Counted from the first letter of the stretch, positions 10,320 through 22,975 are shown. The stretch is DNA of 64,000 nucleotides from TPA_inf: Saccharomyces (GCA_000146045.2 BK006943.2:224001-288000), one strand, 5' to 3'. The notes: generated from the sequence alone by a model not told the origin. Program-made: numbers and translations.

Positions 10320-12356
10320 TTAACATTTGCTTTCTATTGAAGGCTTATTTTTTTTTACATATTCTGCAATTTCAGCTCCTAAAAAGGATGTCAATTCACC
10401 TTTTGAATCGTCTAAATGGGTAAGTCTATCACACGTAGAAAGCAAATCATAATTGATCGACTTTGAAATTTTTGAATCATGTTTGTAATCTGGATGTTGT
10501 AGTACAAAATTTCTAAAGAATTTTGCTGTTGTTGGCAATTCACCGCTTGCTCTATCAGAAATTAGCTTTAAATAATAGTATAGTCTCTCGTGTTTGGAAG
10601 AATGCTTTAATTCTTTCCAATCTTTGGTTACAAACCCTTTTTGGCATAGGATTGGCGTAACAAATTGAGGAAATATACCATTCTCTGGATTATGGAAAAT
10701 CTCGCTTATAGAATAATCTTCAGTTTCCACATCGGTGTCGTTGCGAAATGATTTTTTCCAATGAAATTTTTCAAATAGGATAGCATCTCTGTGATGGGCT
10801 ATCTTCATATTTTCCCATACTTTGGACATATGAATATATGCGTTAATATTATCGGAAAAGGTCAAAATGCTATCGACAATCAAGTATATGAGCACGGAAT
10901 ACGCAGCGTTCTCAAAATCTAATAGTTGCACTTCAAATGGTCTGAATTCCACTCTCCAACCAGGAGAATCCTTTTTGTCCGGGGTTGCTTGTTGTGTGGG
11001 GGGTTTAAAACGTAATGTCTGCCAATTTGTACTTTGGATGTTTTCAAAGTGATTTGAAGACGTTTTGTTGTCCTGATTCAACAGTTCTTCGAATGTAGAT
11101 ACTGGATCTCTTATGTAGAGATGCGCAAAATGTTTAGCAAGATCATAGTCCAGTGGCGCCTTATCATTCTCTAGTAGTCGTCCTAATACTTTTTCATTAA
11201 TAGGTACATTTGTGTCGTTATAAGTCCTATTGAAAAATTTCGACCCACCCAAGAAAAGATCAACCGAACTATATCTTGACTTTGGTATTTCAAGGACTTT
11301 ATCTTGTACGTCTTTGGCAATGCCTCCAAATCCGTTCTTGTTGTATTTGGGTAGTAATGGCGCAACACCTCTTTCCTTCGGAGTACGGTCGTCCACCGCA
11401 CCAGATATCACATTCCAACGAACATCTTGGTCGGCTAGCCAACCTTTAAAAGCAGGCGCAGCGGCAGAGAAGGCTAGCATTATAGGTGCAAAATTCACTA
11501 ATGCATCGTACAGGTAACGTGCCTTGTTGATATTGGGTGCCTGAAAGGTCACTTGTAAGCACGAACAGCCCATGCCAAAACCCATGGAATCCATATAAAT
11601 GAAACCCGGTTTGGAAGCCAGTTTCGCCTCTTTGTCTTCTGGTAAAAACCAATCTCGATCGTAGATGGAGTCATCCGTTTCTGGAGTAGCTATATCTTTA
11701 TACATGGGAACATTCATGCAAACTTTTTCACCACGCCTGGTCCTGATGGATGCTGTCAAGTTAGGAAACCTGACATGTCTGTTAATGACTTCATCGGGTA
11801 AAAACAGAGACCTGGAAGCGGCATTTTTATGATTCCACGGATCCTTAATGTTAATAAAGTCGGGGCATCCCATCCTCGGGAAGACAGTCAGCGTCAAAGG
11901 GACAGACCTGGAGCCCACATGCAAGTTATTTTTACTATCTTGTCTCGCATATTCAGATAGCTTATATTCTGCAATGGCACGTCTTTTTTGCATGTTAACC
12001 TCAACGTAACTACCCACGTAATTCAAATATGGAGAAGCTGGTGTTGCCTCTAACATATACCGGCCATACTCAGGGTGAAAACTCACATCGTTAGCCTCAC
12101 AAAGGGACGAATCCTCCATATTAAGCTCAGTGAGTATCTTGTCATGGCAAACGTCGAGCATAGAATTTCTCTCCTTATCATCAAAATCTACAACCATGTA
12201 CTCAAGCTCGTCTCCCCAAAAAAGAGGGTCATTGTCTCTTTTACCAGCAGCTTGGAAAATATACAACAACTGCTCGATACCTTCATCCCTTATGTGTTCA
12301 TTGTACGTCCTAGACTCAAACCACTGCAAAGGCGTGCCCAAAGCTAAGAGTCCCAT
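10320..12356 (-). CDS. GSH1: Gamma-glutamylcysteine synthetase (glutamate-cysteine ligase), 678 aa
   Basis: 'MGLLALGTPLQWFESRTYNEHIRDEGIEQLL...' is the GCS catalytic-subunit family. 678 aa, matching YJL101C. Confidence 0.92.
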   Translation of the reverse strand: MGLLALGTPLQWFESRTYNEHIRDEGIEQLLYIFQAAGKRDNDPLFWGDELEYMVVDFDDKERNSMLDVCHDKILTELNMEDSSLCEANDVSFHPEYGRYMLEATPASPYLNYVGSYVEVNMQKRRAIAEYKLSEYARQDSKNNLHVGSRSVPLTLTVFPRMGCPDFINIKDPWNHKNAASRSLFLPDEVINRHVRFPNLTASIRTRRGEKVCMNVPMYKDIATPETDDSIYDRDWFLPEDKEAKLASKPGFIYMDSMGFGMGCSCLQVTFQAPNINKARYLYDALVNFAPIMLAFSAAAPAFKGWLADQDVRWNVISGAVDDRTPKERGVAPLLPKYNKNGFGGIAKDVQDKVLEIPKSRYSSVDLFLGGSKFFNRTYNDTNVPINEKVLGRLLENDKAPLDYDLAKHFAHLYIRDPVSTFEELLNQDNKTSSNHFENIQSTNWQTLRFKPPTQQATPDKKDSPGWRVEFRPFEVQLLDFENAAYSVLIYLIVDSILTFSDNINAYIHMSKVWENMKIAHHRDAILFEKFHWKKSFRNDTDVETEDYSISEIFHNPENGIFPQFVTPILCQKGFVTKDWKELKHSSKHERLYYYLKLISDRASGELPTTAKFFRNFVLQHPDYKHDSKISKSINYDLLSTCDRLTHLDDSKGELTSFLGAEIAEYVKKNKPSIESKC

Positions 12357-12457
12357 TTTATTCTTCTATATGTATATTTTCGATACTCTAAACCACCCTA
12401 CAATGTAGCCCTATACTAAATCTGCTCAATTTTCAGCTTCTACAAGTGACTCGAGAC

Positions 12458-12463
12458 CACGTG
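12458..12463. promoter_or_regulatory. CACGTG E-box (Cbf1/Met4-Met28 CDE1-type site) in the GSH1 promoter
   Basis: Palindromic CACGTG about 100 bp upstream of the GSH1 ATG. GSH1 is induced by cadmium through the Met4/Cbf1 pathway. Confidence 0.55.
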
Positions 12464-12733
12464 GAAAGATCCAACTACTCCAGCACAACGATTCAATATA
12501 ATCGATTGCTCCACTCATAAGAGGCAAGAACAAGCTTCAACTTTTGGTAAGCCGCCGTTTATAAACAGGGAAGATGTCCTTTGTCAAGGGAGGCACAGAG
12601 CATGGCCAATTTGGCAAATTGCAGGTTTTTCTGAGTGAAAAATGAAAAAGCATTGTAGTAGAGTCGGCTCACTGAAAAACCGGGGAGGACGAAAAGGTTT
12701 CCAGCCACAGTTGTAGTCACGTGCGCGCCATGC

Positions 12734-12740
12734 TGACTAA
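12734..12740. promoter_or_regulatory. Yap1 response element (TGACTAA / TTAGTCA) in the GSH1 promoter
   Basis: Exact TGACTAA about 380 bp upstream of the GSH1 ATG. GSH1 is a classic Yap1 target (established knowledge). Confidence 0.6.
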
Positions 12741-13262
12741 TGGCAGCCGTCGTTGGGCAGAAGAGAATTAGTATGGTACAGGATACGCTAATTGCGCTCC
12801 AACTACCAAGGTTGTTGAGGGAACACTGGGGCAATAGGCTGTCGCCATTCAAGAGCAGCAACAGGCATGGGAAGATTCGCTTTTTTTTTTTGAATTACAA
12901 TAGTATGTCTGATGTCTGCAAGAAGTAACAGGCGTGTGCACAAGAATACGTGTGTGTGCGTAAGCGTATGCACTGGTGGCATAACTTATCTAAGAAGTAT
13001 ATATCACTGACATAGAAATGTAGATATACAGGTATTTTTCTCGATAATCGATAAAAATCTCGTCGCGCTGAACCAAACTTGGTGGTTACGGAGAGTTTTT
13101 CTCTCATCATTACTGTCTTTCGCATTGATTTCCCCTTTGACCGATAAAATCCCTTGGATTCATAAGATTAAACAAAGAGGTGATCAAAGAGAACCCTGTG
13201 AAAGTTTATGTTTATAACCGGGCATAAAGTGAACTAGACACTTTCAAGAAGCCAACCAAAGC

Positions 13263-15086
13263 ATGAGTAACGAAGCTTACCAGCATGATCATACCGTAAA
13301 TCCTCACCAGAAGATAGTTGTGAACAGCTACGATTGGTTACAGTTCCGTGATGAGCAAGATCACTGTAAAAGTAAGAACCCGATAACGCACGCTTCTCCA
13401 GGGGTCGGTTCGAATGCACAGAATTCAGACATAGCGGAGGCCCCTCAGGTATTCCACCCTTCCTATCAATCTCTGGTCAACGTACCGTCCGAGAGCCCGC
13501 GACCTGATCAGACTTCAGGGTCCAATCCTGCCGTTGGACTGCTTCATAATGCAGAGGACAAAGCGTCAGGGCAAGAAGAAGAAGGAAGTCAATATGAGAT
13601 TCAATATTCGGTATTTCGTCCGCTGCATGCATATCCAACCAAGGGCCTAGCATATGAGCAGCTCCGAAGAAAAGAAGAACAAGAACAGAGGGAAAACTTC
13701 AACCATTTGGTTTCTGACTGTATTGAGGCTGTAGAGACATTTGGACGCGAACTCGAGAGAATCCAAACTGGCTCAAGTGGGTCGTACTTTGTGTATGGAA
13801 CACGGGCCGACGAAAGCGTTCCGGTGGGGGTCTTCAAGCCCAAGGATGAGGAACCATATGGCCCATTTTCTCCCAAATGGACCAAATGGGCACACCGCAC
13901 GTTTTTCCCATGTCTGTTTGGCAGAAGTTGTCTGATTCCAAACCTCGGGTACATCTGTGAAAGTGCGGCTAGTTTGTTGGATAGGCGACTGGAAACGCAT
14001 CTAGTACCCTATACAGATACTGCATCTATAGAGTCTTTTAATTTTTATGATAATAGAAAAAAATGGGTATTGGGATACAACCTTCAGAAGAAGAAACAAA
14101 AAAAGCTGGGTTCTTTCCAACTTTTTTTGAAGGAGTACATCAACGCCGATGAGTTCTTTCATAAATACCCATTACCTGGGATGTATTCAGATGTTAAACA
14201 TTCATTTCATCGTAAGTCATCCGGCGAAGATATCAATCATAAACCAGAGACAACCAGGAACCTAACAGATGAGACAGAACCGTCCAAGCAAATAAATTCC
14301 TCTCCAATTTCGACGGAATCTGAAGAAAATTCGAAATTTGAATGGACAGAATCAAGTTTGAGTCAGTTCAGATTGGAACTAGAAAAACTAATTATCCTTG
14401 ATTATATAATGAGAAACACAGATAGAGGTCTAGACAATTGGATGGTGAAACTAATCAAACTTTCAAACAATAAGTGGAGACTCAAGTTAGCCGCCATCGA
14501 CAATGGGTTGTCCTTTCCCTGGAAGCATCCTGATGAGTGGCGTCTGTACCCATATGGCTGGTTGTATTTGCCTCTGCAACTACTAGCCAAACCATTTTCT
14601 GAGCAAATGAGATCTCATTTCCTACCGATATTGACAAGCACTAATTGGTGGGAAGAGTCGTACCAAGAATTCTTGGCCCTATTTAGCAGGGACCAAGATT
14701 TTAACGTCCGAATGTGGAAGAAGCAATGGGCAGTATTAAAAGGACAGGCGTTCAACGTTGTCGAAACATTGAAAGACCCACGACAAGGCCCCTTGGAATT
14801 GGTTAGAAGGACAAGGTGCCAGGTAATAGATGAGAAGATGCAAGTTCCCTGTTGCCCACCTCCAGTTTCTATTTTCAAAAACGCCATAGACGAACCTATT
14901 GGATCATATTCCACTTCACCAATGGTACTCCCTAGCACCCCAAGCACAATTCCATTTCATGCACATAACCAAAGCAATAGTAATCCTGTATACTATGATT
15001 CCACTCTGCACCCATTTGCTAATAAAACAGTGATAGCAGAGCGGCTACAAATAGTCAATTCCACCCCCGTATTCACCTGGTGTTGA
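13263..15086 (+). CDS. LSB6: Type II phosphatidylinositol 4-kinase, 607 aa
   Basis: 607-aa ORF with PI4KII-family catalytic core ('GSSGSYFVY...FKPKDEEPYG', 'DRGLDNWMV'). Length and position match YJL100W. Confidence 0.85.
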   Translation: MSNEAYQHDHTVNPHQKIVVNSYDWLQFRDEQDHCKSKNPITHASPGVGSNAQNSDIAEAPQVFHPSYQSLVNVPSESPRPDQTSGSNPAVGLLHNAEDKASGQEEEGSQYEIQYSVFRPLHAYPTKGLAYEQLRRKEEQEQRENFNHLVSDCIEAVETFGRELERIQTGSSGSYFVYGTRADESVPVGVFKPKDEEPYGPFSPKWTKWAHRTFFPCLFGRSCLIPNLGYICESAASLLDRRLETHLVPYTDTASIESFNFYDNRKKWVLGYNLQKKKQKKLGSFQLFLKEYINADEFFHKYPLPGMYSDVKHSFHRKSSGEDINHKPETTRNLTDETEPSKQINSSPISTESEENSKFEWTESSLSQFRLELEKLIILDYIMRNTDRGLDNWMVKLIKLSNNKWRLKLAAIDNGLSFPWKHPDEWRLYPYGWLYLPLQLLAKPFSEQMRSHFLPILTSTNWWEESYQEFLALFSRDQDFNVRMWKKQWAVLKGQAFNVVETLKDPRQGPLELVRRTRCQVIDEKMQVPCCPPPVSIFKNAIDEPIGSYSTSPMVLPSTPSTIPFHAHNQSNSNPVYYDSTLHPFANKTVIAERLQIVNSTPVFTWC

Positions 15087-15413
15087 TTTTTTGGAAAATA
15101 ATTCAATACATACTCAATATAAAGAAATCATAACTCTACTTTAGCATATAGGAAATAGACTCTTTCGAAAAAACCTCTTTCTGTAGTGTTAGAAAGCAAC
15201 CGGCTATTATTTTTGTGTGTCTTCGAAAAATCGGAACCCAAACAGATCTTAGCGGATTCATGGTAAAAATAGCCTTGAAGAATTTAGGAAAATAAATAGA
15301 TACTCAAAAAGGAATAGAGGATCTTAACAAATCATTACATTACTTAACTCACATTAAAAGCAAACACCTTTCTTAAGCTGTTGGTGCAAAAAAGGATTAC
15401 ATCTATTGCCCTT

Positions 15414-17654
15414 ATGAATTTGTTTTGGCCATCGGAAACCAAAAAGCAAAATGAAATACCTGGTGGCGATTATACACCTGGGAACTCACCTTCAGTACAA
15501 AAGGGTTATCAATTCCTCAATCGAGACATATTTAAAAGTTGTCCACGAATTATGGAAAGGCAGTTTGGTGAGTGTCTGCACAATAGAACGCATTTAATCA
15601 AGGATTTAATTTCTTCTGGCAATGTTGGACTAGGTCCCATTGAGATTGTTCACATGTCCTACTTAAACAAACATGAAAAAGAAGAGTTTGGTGAATATTT
15701 CTACGTTACAGGGATCGAAGTTTCCGGTCCTGCAATGCCCGTAGAGTTTCTTGAAGTGCTAAAATCGAGTAAGCGGATTTCCAAAAATATATCGAATAAT
15801 ATCATATTGACTTATTGCTGTTTTAATTTTTTCAGCAATCTAGACATCCGTATTAGATACGATGCTGACGATACTTTCCAGACAACGGCAATTGACTGTA
15901 ACAAGGAAACCACTGACCTGACCATGACAGAAAAAATGTGGGAAGAAACGTTCGCAAGTTCTGTCATCCGAGCGATAATAACAAATACTAATCCAGAGTT
16001 AAAACCTCCCGGTTTAGTAGAGTGTCCATTCTACGTTGGAAAAGATACTATCTCCTCTTGCAAAAAGATCATAGAATTACTCTGCCGATTCTTACCACGG
16101 TCACTGAATTGCGGGTGGGATTCTACCAAGAGTATGCAAGCCACCATTGTCAATAACTATTTAATGTATAGTTTAAAAAGTTTTATTGCAATCACGCCAA
16201 GCCTAGTGGATTTTACAATCGACTACCTGAAAGGACTTACCAAGAAAGATCCAATCCATGACATATACTACAAGACGGCTATGATCACAATTCTAGATCA
16301 CATAGAAACAAAGGAGTTAGACATGATAACTATTTTAAATGAGACGCTCGACCCCCTTTTATCTCTGCTAAATGATTTACCGCCTCGCGATGCTGATTCA
16401 GCACGATTAATGAATTGCATGAGTGACTTGCTGAACATTCAAACAAATTTTTTGTTAAACAGGGGTGATTACGAACTAGCATTAGGCGTCTCTAACACAT
16501 CAACCGAACTAGCCTTAGACTCTTTTGAATCTTGGTACAACCTAGCGAGATGCCACATCAAAAAAGAGGAGTATGAAAAGGCTCTCTTCGCAATAAATTC
16601 AATGCCTCGTTTGCGCAAAAATGATGGACACCTGGAAACAATGTACAGTAGGTTTCTTACCTCCAATTATTATAAAAAGCCATTGAATGGTACCCGCGAA
16701 CACTACGACTTGACTGCAATGGAATTCACGAATCTCTCGGGAACGTTGAGGAATTGGAAAGAGGATGAGTTAAAACGGCAAATTTTTGGAAGAATCGCAA
16801 TGATAAACGAAAAAAAAATCGGTTATACAAAGGAAATCTGGGATGATATTGCGATAAAGTTGGGTCCGATTTGTGGTCCACAATCTGTGAATCTGATTAA
16901 TTATGTCTCCCCTCAAGAGGTCAAAAACATAAAAAATATCAATTTAATAGCAAGGAATACGATCGGCAAACAATTGGGATGGTTTAGTGGTAAAATATAT
17001 GGGTTATTAATGGAAATTGTGAACAAAATTGGTTGGAATGGCTTATTAAACATCCGAACAGAAGCTTTCATGATGGAAACTGAATTCTATCAAGCTTCTA
17101 ACAACATTATCGATGAAAACGGTCATATACCGATGGAATCCCGAAAGAAAAGGTTTTGTGAAGGGTGGCTAGATGATTTATTTTTAGATTTATATCAAGA
17201 CTTGAAATTGAGCAAGATTAGCCTAAGCAATAAAGATGAAAAACACAGCGGATTAGAGTGGGAACTTTTGGGTTTGATCATGCTGCGTACCTGGCATTGG
17301 GAAGATGCCGTAGCTTGTCTAAGAACAAGCATAGTAGCTCGATTCGACCCCGTAAGTTGCCAGCAGCTGCTAAAAATATACCTGCAACCTCCAAAAAATA
17401 TTCAAGAGGTTACATTACTAGACACAGATACCATAATAAGTTTATTAATTAAGAAAATATCATATGATTGCAGGTATTATAATTATTGCCAGATATTTAA
17501 TCTGCAACTGCTAGAAAAGCTATGCAACGAATTGGGGACGCATATACTGCGTAATAAGATCCTTCTTCAACCTTCCATAGGAGACGAAATCATGGTCATG
17601 ATCGATGCCATGCTTGCGTGGATAGCCGACCTAGATCACACAGTACAACCTTGA
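15414..17654 (+). CDS. CHS6: Exomer cargo adaptor (ChAP family) for Chs3 export, 746 aa
   Basis: ORF track 15381..17654 (757 aa). The 746-aa product starts at Met12 ('MNLFWPSETKK'). Length and position fit YJL099W; the ChAP-family/TPR-like character is inferred. Confidence 0.8.
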   Translation: MNLFWPSETKKQNEIPGGDYTPGNSPSVQKGYQFLNRDIFKSCPRIMERQFGECLHNRTHLIKDLISSGNVGLGPIEIVHMSYLNKHEKEEFGEYFYVTGIEVSGPAMPVEFLEVLKSSKRISKNISNNIILTYCCFNFFSNLDIRIRYDADDTFQTTAIDCNKETTDLTMTEKMWEETFASSVIRAIITNTNPELKPPGLVECPFYVGKDTISSCKKIIELLCRFLPRSLNCGWDSTKSMQATIVNNYLMYSLKSFIAITPSLVDFTIDYLKGLTKKDPIHDIYYKTAMITILDHIETKELDMITILNETLDPLLSLLNDLPPRDADSARLMNCMSDLLNIQTNFLLNRGDYELALGVSNTSTELALDSFESWYNLARCHIKKEEYEKALFAINSMPRLRKNDGHLETMYSRFLTSNYYKKPLNGTREHYDLTAMEFTNLSGTLRNWKEDELKRQIFGRIAMINEKKIGYTKEIWDDIAIKLGPICGPQSVNLINYVSPQEVKNIKNINLIARNTIGKQLGWFSGKIYGLLMEIVNKIGWNGLLNIRTEAFMMETEFYQASNNIIDENGHIPMESRKKRFCEGWLDDLFLDLYQDLKLSKISLSNKDEKHSGLEWELLGLIMLRTWHWEDAVACLRTSIVARFDPVSCQQLLKIYLQPPKNIQEVTLLDTDTIISLLIKKISYDCRYYNYCQIFNLQLLEKLCNELGTHILRNKILLQPSIGDEIMVMIDAMLAWIADLDHTVQP

Positions 17655-18081
17655 ACAAAACGGTGCTCTTAGTATTATTATATAACCACTACGGTTGGAT
17701 GGACTGAGGGTAAGGGTAACCGTATACCTTTTATTTTTTTTTTTACATTTTGAACTGGGAAGAAAATTTTTTTTGCGAGGGATTGACGGCTAACGCCAAA
17801 ACACTCCGAAGAGAATGAGAAAAGCTTGGGCATCGCTCGAAGTCATCGAACGGGACTATTTTTGTTTAAAATTTCACCAGATCTGCTTGATAAGGGTAGT
17901 TTAGCTTGTGTATTTGGGAAAGGTACGCAAAAGATATATTTTACTAAGATCTTTAAATATTTTTAGCTTGAGGTAATACATGCTAATTTTAGTTGATTAG
18001 AGATTCTGAAAAATTCGTTTTAGTTAGTGTTTAAGAATAGTGGCGTTTATCGTTTTGCCCATTTAATAATTAGGAAAAAAT

Positions 18082-21000
18082 ATGTCAGGGTCCTTTTGGA
18101 AGTTTGGACAAGATTTTGGTTCACAGTCTCCATTAGCTAAACTGTTGAACAGGGCTTTCATTAAGATCGATGATAAGCCCACTAGTACGGAAGCAGGGAA
18201 AATTGACTCTAATAGCACAGATGAAAGTTTAGAAAGCAATTCTTTTAAATCAGAAGACGAAGAAGAAGAATATGAGCTGCCTAACAGAGAAGAAGACTAC
18301 AAAGCTTATAAGCCAAACCTGTCTCTACTGAATGATCTTTTAGATGATGAGGAGTTATATACAGAACTGATGTGCTCGAACTTCAAGCTACTAGTGTACT
18401 TGAAGTACCCTGAAGTTTTGTCCAAATTGATAGATTATGTCAGAAATAGTACCATACTTGAGTCCAATATTGATAGAGTTACTTCAGAAGACAGAGATTT
18501 AGTACGTGGTGAAGACAAGGACACAACGGAGGACTTTGAGAATGCTAAAGCAGATAAGAAAAACATTGATGGTACTTTTGAAGAAAAAGAACGTACTCGT
18601 AGTGGTGAAGAAGAGGAACTGGAAAATGAAGAAAATGATAGTGCATCTGAGGATACTAGAGTCACTCTACCTCATGAACTAGAGGAACATGATGATACGC
18701 GAAGAGCCAGAATAGCGGCCGAAATATTGTCCGCTGACGTGTGGCCCATATCATCTGCTTTGATTGAAAACGAAGGACTTCTCGCTAAGCTTTGGTCGAT
18801 CCTCAGGCTACCTTCTCCATTGTCAATTGAAGCGTCAACATATTTTATGAAAATAAACGAACGCCTCTTGGATATGAATATGGACGGAATAATTGAATTC
18901 ATATTAAAAAAGGAACACATTGTTGACGATTTTTTAGCACATATAGATAATCCGCCTTTGATGGATTTTTTATTAAAAGTAATATCGACCGATAAGCCAG
19001 AAATATCAAATGGAGTTATACAACTGTTTAAAAAACAGAACTTGGTTCCAAAGTTGATTCATTTACTCGATCCTGTTTTTGATTCTTGCACACAATCTGC
19101 AGCCGGTGATTTTCTGAAAGCTCTGGTTACTATTAGCGGTAACTGTCCTAATGAGATTACTTCGAGCATAGGGCCTAATGAATTAACAAGGCAATTAGTT
19201 TCTCCAAATATGATGAAACAACTTATGGATATAATGCTCAAGGGAGGCAATTCGTTAAATAATGGCGTTGGCATTATCATTGAGCTGATAAGGAAAAACA
19301 ATTCTGATTATGATACCATACAAACAAATTATACTACCATAGAATCTCATCCGCCAACAGATAGAGACCCAATTTATTTAGGATATTTGGTTAAAATGTT
19401 TTCTGAACACATGGCCGATTTCAACAAAATACTAACTGAGAAGAAGATTCCCCTTTTACAGACGTCCTATGGAACGATTGAACCGTTGGGATTTGAAAGG
19501 TTTAAGATCTGTGAACTTATTGCTGAACTATTACACTGCTCAAACATGACTTTATTGAATGAACCGAGTGCCTATGACATTGTAAGAGAGCGTGATGCCG
19601 AAAGAGAGAGAATCTTCAATTCACAAAATTACGTAGATTCTAACGATCGTAGTGAATTAAAAGAAAATGAAGACGACAATACAGGTGATGCTGATGATGA
19701 AGTGGAAGATGATACAAATCAGGTAGAATCCGCTAATACCTCCATTGATGGTGAAGAAGTTATCGATAAGTTAAATTCTTTACAGATAGAAACCAACAAA
19801 GTAAACCAGAACATGAATAATGAAGAGCAACATAGTTTAATGCCAGACTTCAACAATGGTGATTTTAAGGACGAGGAAGATGAAAATCCATTTGAACCCC
19901 AATATTCAGACGTCATTTTGGATTCTTCTGATATAGAAAAAAACTTTCGTGTGTCTCCCAACGTTGGAGATCAGCTGAAAATCAGTTTACAAGATACCAG
20001 AGTAATAGATACTATGCTCGAAATGTTTTTTCACTTCCAGTGGAACAATTTCCTTCATAACGTAGTGTACGATGTTGTTCAGCAGATTTTTAACGGTCCC
20101 CTCAAAATAGGTTATAATAGGTTCCTTTTAGATGATCTCCTAATCAACATCCGTTTAACTGATATGATTATTAACGGAAACAATGAATGCATAGAATATG
20201 AGAAAGGACATGACACCAGGCTTGGATATATGGGCCATTTGACCCTAATTGCGGAAGAAGTCACCAAATTTACTGCATATATTGAAGAGATGAACATCAC
20301 CTTTGAAAATACTGAAGTAATGAGTTCTTTATTTGAGAGTAAATGGATTGCCTATACGGAGGATGTTCTAGAGGATCTAAAGGAGAAATACAACGCCATA
20401 TTAGGCGATATAGCTGAAGAAGGAGACATGTTGCAAGATGAAGAAGAGGATGCTGTATACGACAAGGGAGAGCGCACTATGGGTACAGTCGATGACTACA
20501 TTAATGACATAATGCAAATGGACAATGTACGGTGTCAAGAGGAGGAAGAGGATGAAGGAGAAGGGTATGTCAGCTTTGATGAAGATGAACCCCAAGAATA
20601 TCGTAATGGTGATTCCGTTAGAAGCAAAGAATCGAATTCATCAGAAGGCAAACGTGACCAAGAGCAGCTTTACTATGAGTACGTTAACGAAGATGGTACA
20701 AAAACAAGATTAAACTTCAATCCTGATTCTGACGCCACGGAACAAGTTCCAGGTGAAGTGAATCGCGATCATAAGATACCATTGAAGCTTAAGCGAAGTT
20801 TTACGGATGCATGCAAATCTGAAACAATACCAAATAATACAGTTAATGCTAAGGAAGAAAGTGTATTTCAATTTAGCAATGAACTTAGTGACGGCTGGGA
20901 GTCATCACCTTCTAATTCTATACCCAAGCGTGCTTCTCCATCAAAAAATGGCATGAATTCACCTATGTTTCAACACCAGTTTGAACTTCATAGCCCCACC

Positions 21001-21258
21001 GATGAATTTGGAGGTCATAAAGACGAAATATTAAGCGCGGAAGGCCATGACTACGACATAGATGAATACGATGAACTGAGCGATGACAGTGATGAAGAGT
21101 ATGATAACTGTGAAGACGAAGACAGTTTGGATTATGCTGATTCCGCCGCATATGCATTGTGTAGATCCAAAAGTAAGGACAAGATATCATGGGATGAAGA
21201 AGAACAGGCGCGATTAATGGGCGTTGTAAAATTTAATTCAGAGCATTACAGGGACTAG
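18082..21258 (+). CDS. SAP185: SIT4 phosphatase-associated protein (SAPS family), 1058 aa
   Basis: 1058 aa with a SAPS-domain core and long acidic Asp/Glu-rich tracts. Matches YJL098W. Confidence 0.85.
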   Translation: MSGSFWKFGQDFGSQSPLAKLLNRAFIKIDDKPTSTEAGKIDSNSTDESLESNSFKSEDEEEEYELPNREEDYKAYKPNLSLLNDLLDDEELYTELMCSNFKLLVYLKYPEVLSKLIDYVRNSTILESNIDRVTSEDRDLVRGEDKDTTEDFENAKADKKNIDGTFEEKERTRSGEEEELENEENDSASEDTRVTLPHELEEHDDTRRARIAAEILSADVWPISSALIENEGLLAKLWSILRLPSPLSIEASTYFMKINERLLDMNMDGIIEFILKKEHIVDDFLAHIDNPPLMDFLLKVISTDKPEISNGVIQLFKKQNLVPKLIHLLDPVFDSCTQSAAGDFLKALVTISGNCPNEITSSIGPNELTRQLVSPNMMKQLMDIMLKGGNSLNNGVGIIIELIRKNNSDYDTIQTNYTTIESHPPTDRDPIYLGYLVKMFSEHMADFNKILTEKKIPLLQTSYGTIEPLGFERFKICELIAELLHCSNMTLLNEPSAYDIVRERDAERERIFNSQNYVDSNDRSELKENEDDNTGDADDEVEDDTNQVESANTSIDGEEVIDKLNSLQIETNKVNQNMNNEEQHSLMPDFNNGDFKDEEDENPFEPQYSDVILDSSDIEKNFRVSPNVGDQLKISLQDTRVIDTMLEMFFHFQWNNFLHNVVYDVVQQIFNGPLKIGYNRFLLDDLLINIRLTDMIINGNNECIEYEKGHDTRLGYMGHLTLIAEEVTKFTAYIEEMNITFENTEVMSSLFESKWIAYTEDVLEDLKEKYNAILGDIAEEGDMLQDEEEDAVYDKGERTMGTVDDYINDIMQMDNVRCQEEEEDEGEGYVSFDEDEPQEYRNGDSVRSKESNSSEGKRDQEQLYYEYVNEDGTKTRLNFNPDSDATEQVPGEVNRDHKIPLKLKRSFTDACKSETIPNNTVNAKEESVFQFSNELSDGWESSPSNSIPKRASPSKNGMNSPMFQHQFELHSPTDEFGGHKDEILSAEGHDYDIDEYDELSDDSDEEYDNCEDEDSLDYADSAAYALCRSKSKDKISWDEEEQARLMGVVKFNSEHYRD

Positions 21259-21590
21259 GAAATAATACTAATTAAATAATTCTAATAATTCTAATATTAA
21301 TAACAATAATAATAAGAATAATAATTATACAATAACACATGTATTTCCTAACTCACAATCGTTTGGACTACATATGCTGTCTAGTGCCTTATTGCGACTT
21401 TGCCCGTTTGATAACTTACTTCGATTGTTTAGTATTCAAAAAGGAAAAAGGCGTTTTCTTTTTCGTGTACTTTTTTTCGAAATTCTGTTGAATTTATTCG
21501 AACTCAGAATTGGTCCATCAAGAGCATCCAAAATACAAAATAACTCATCATCACACAAGAAGAAGCACAACTCCAAGCAATTTCTACAAT

Positions 21591-22975
<1,385 letters not shown>

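Noticed and set aside
12559-12861. 100-aa ORF (-) in the GSH1/LSB6 divergent promoter
   Set aside because: It overlaps the Yap1 site region and has low-complexity translation. A promoter explains the region better.
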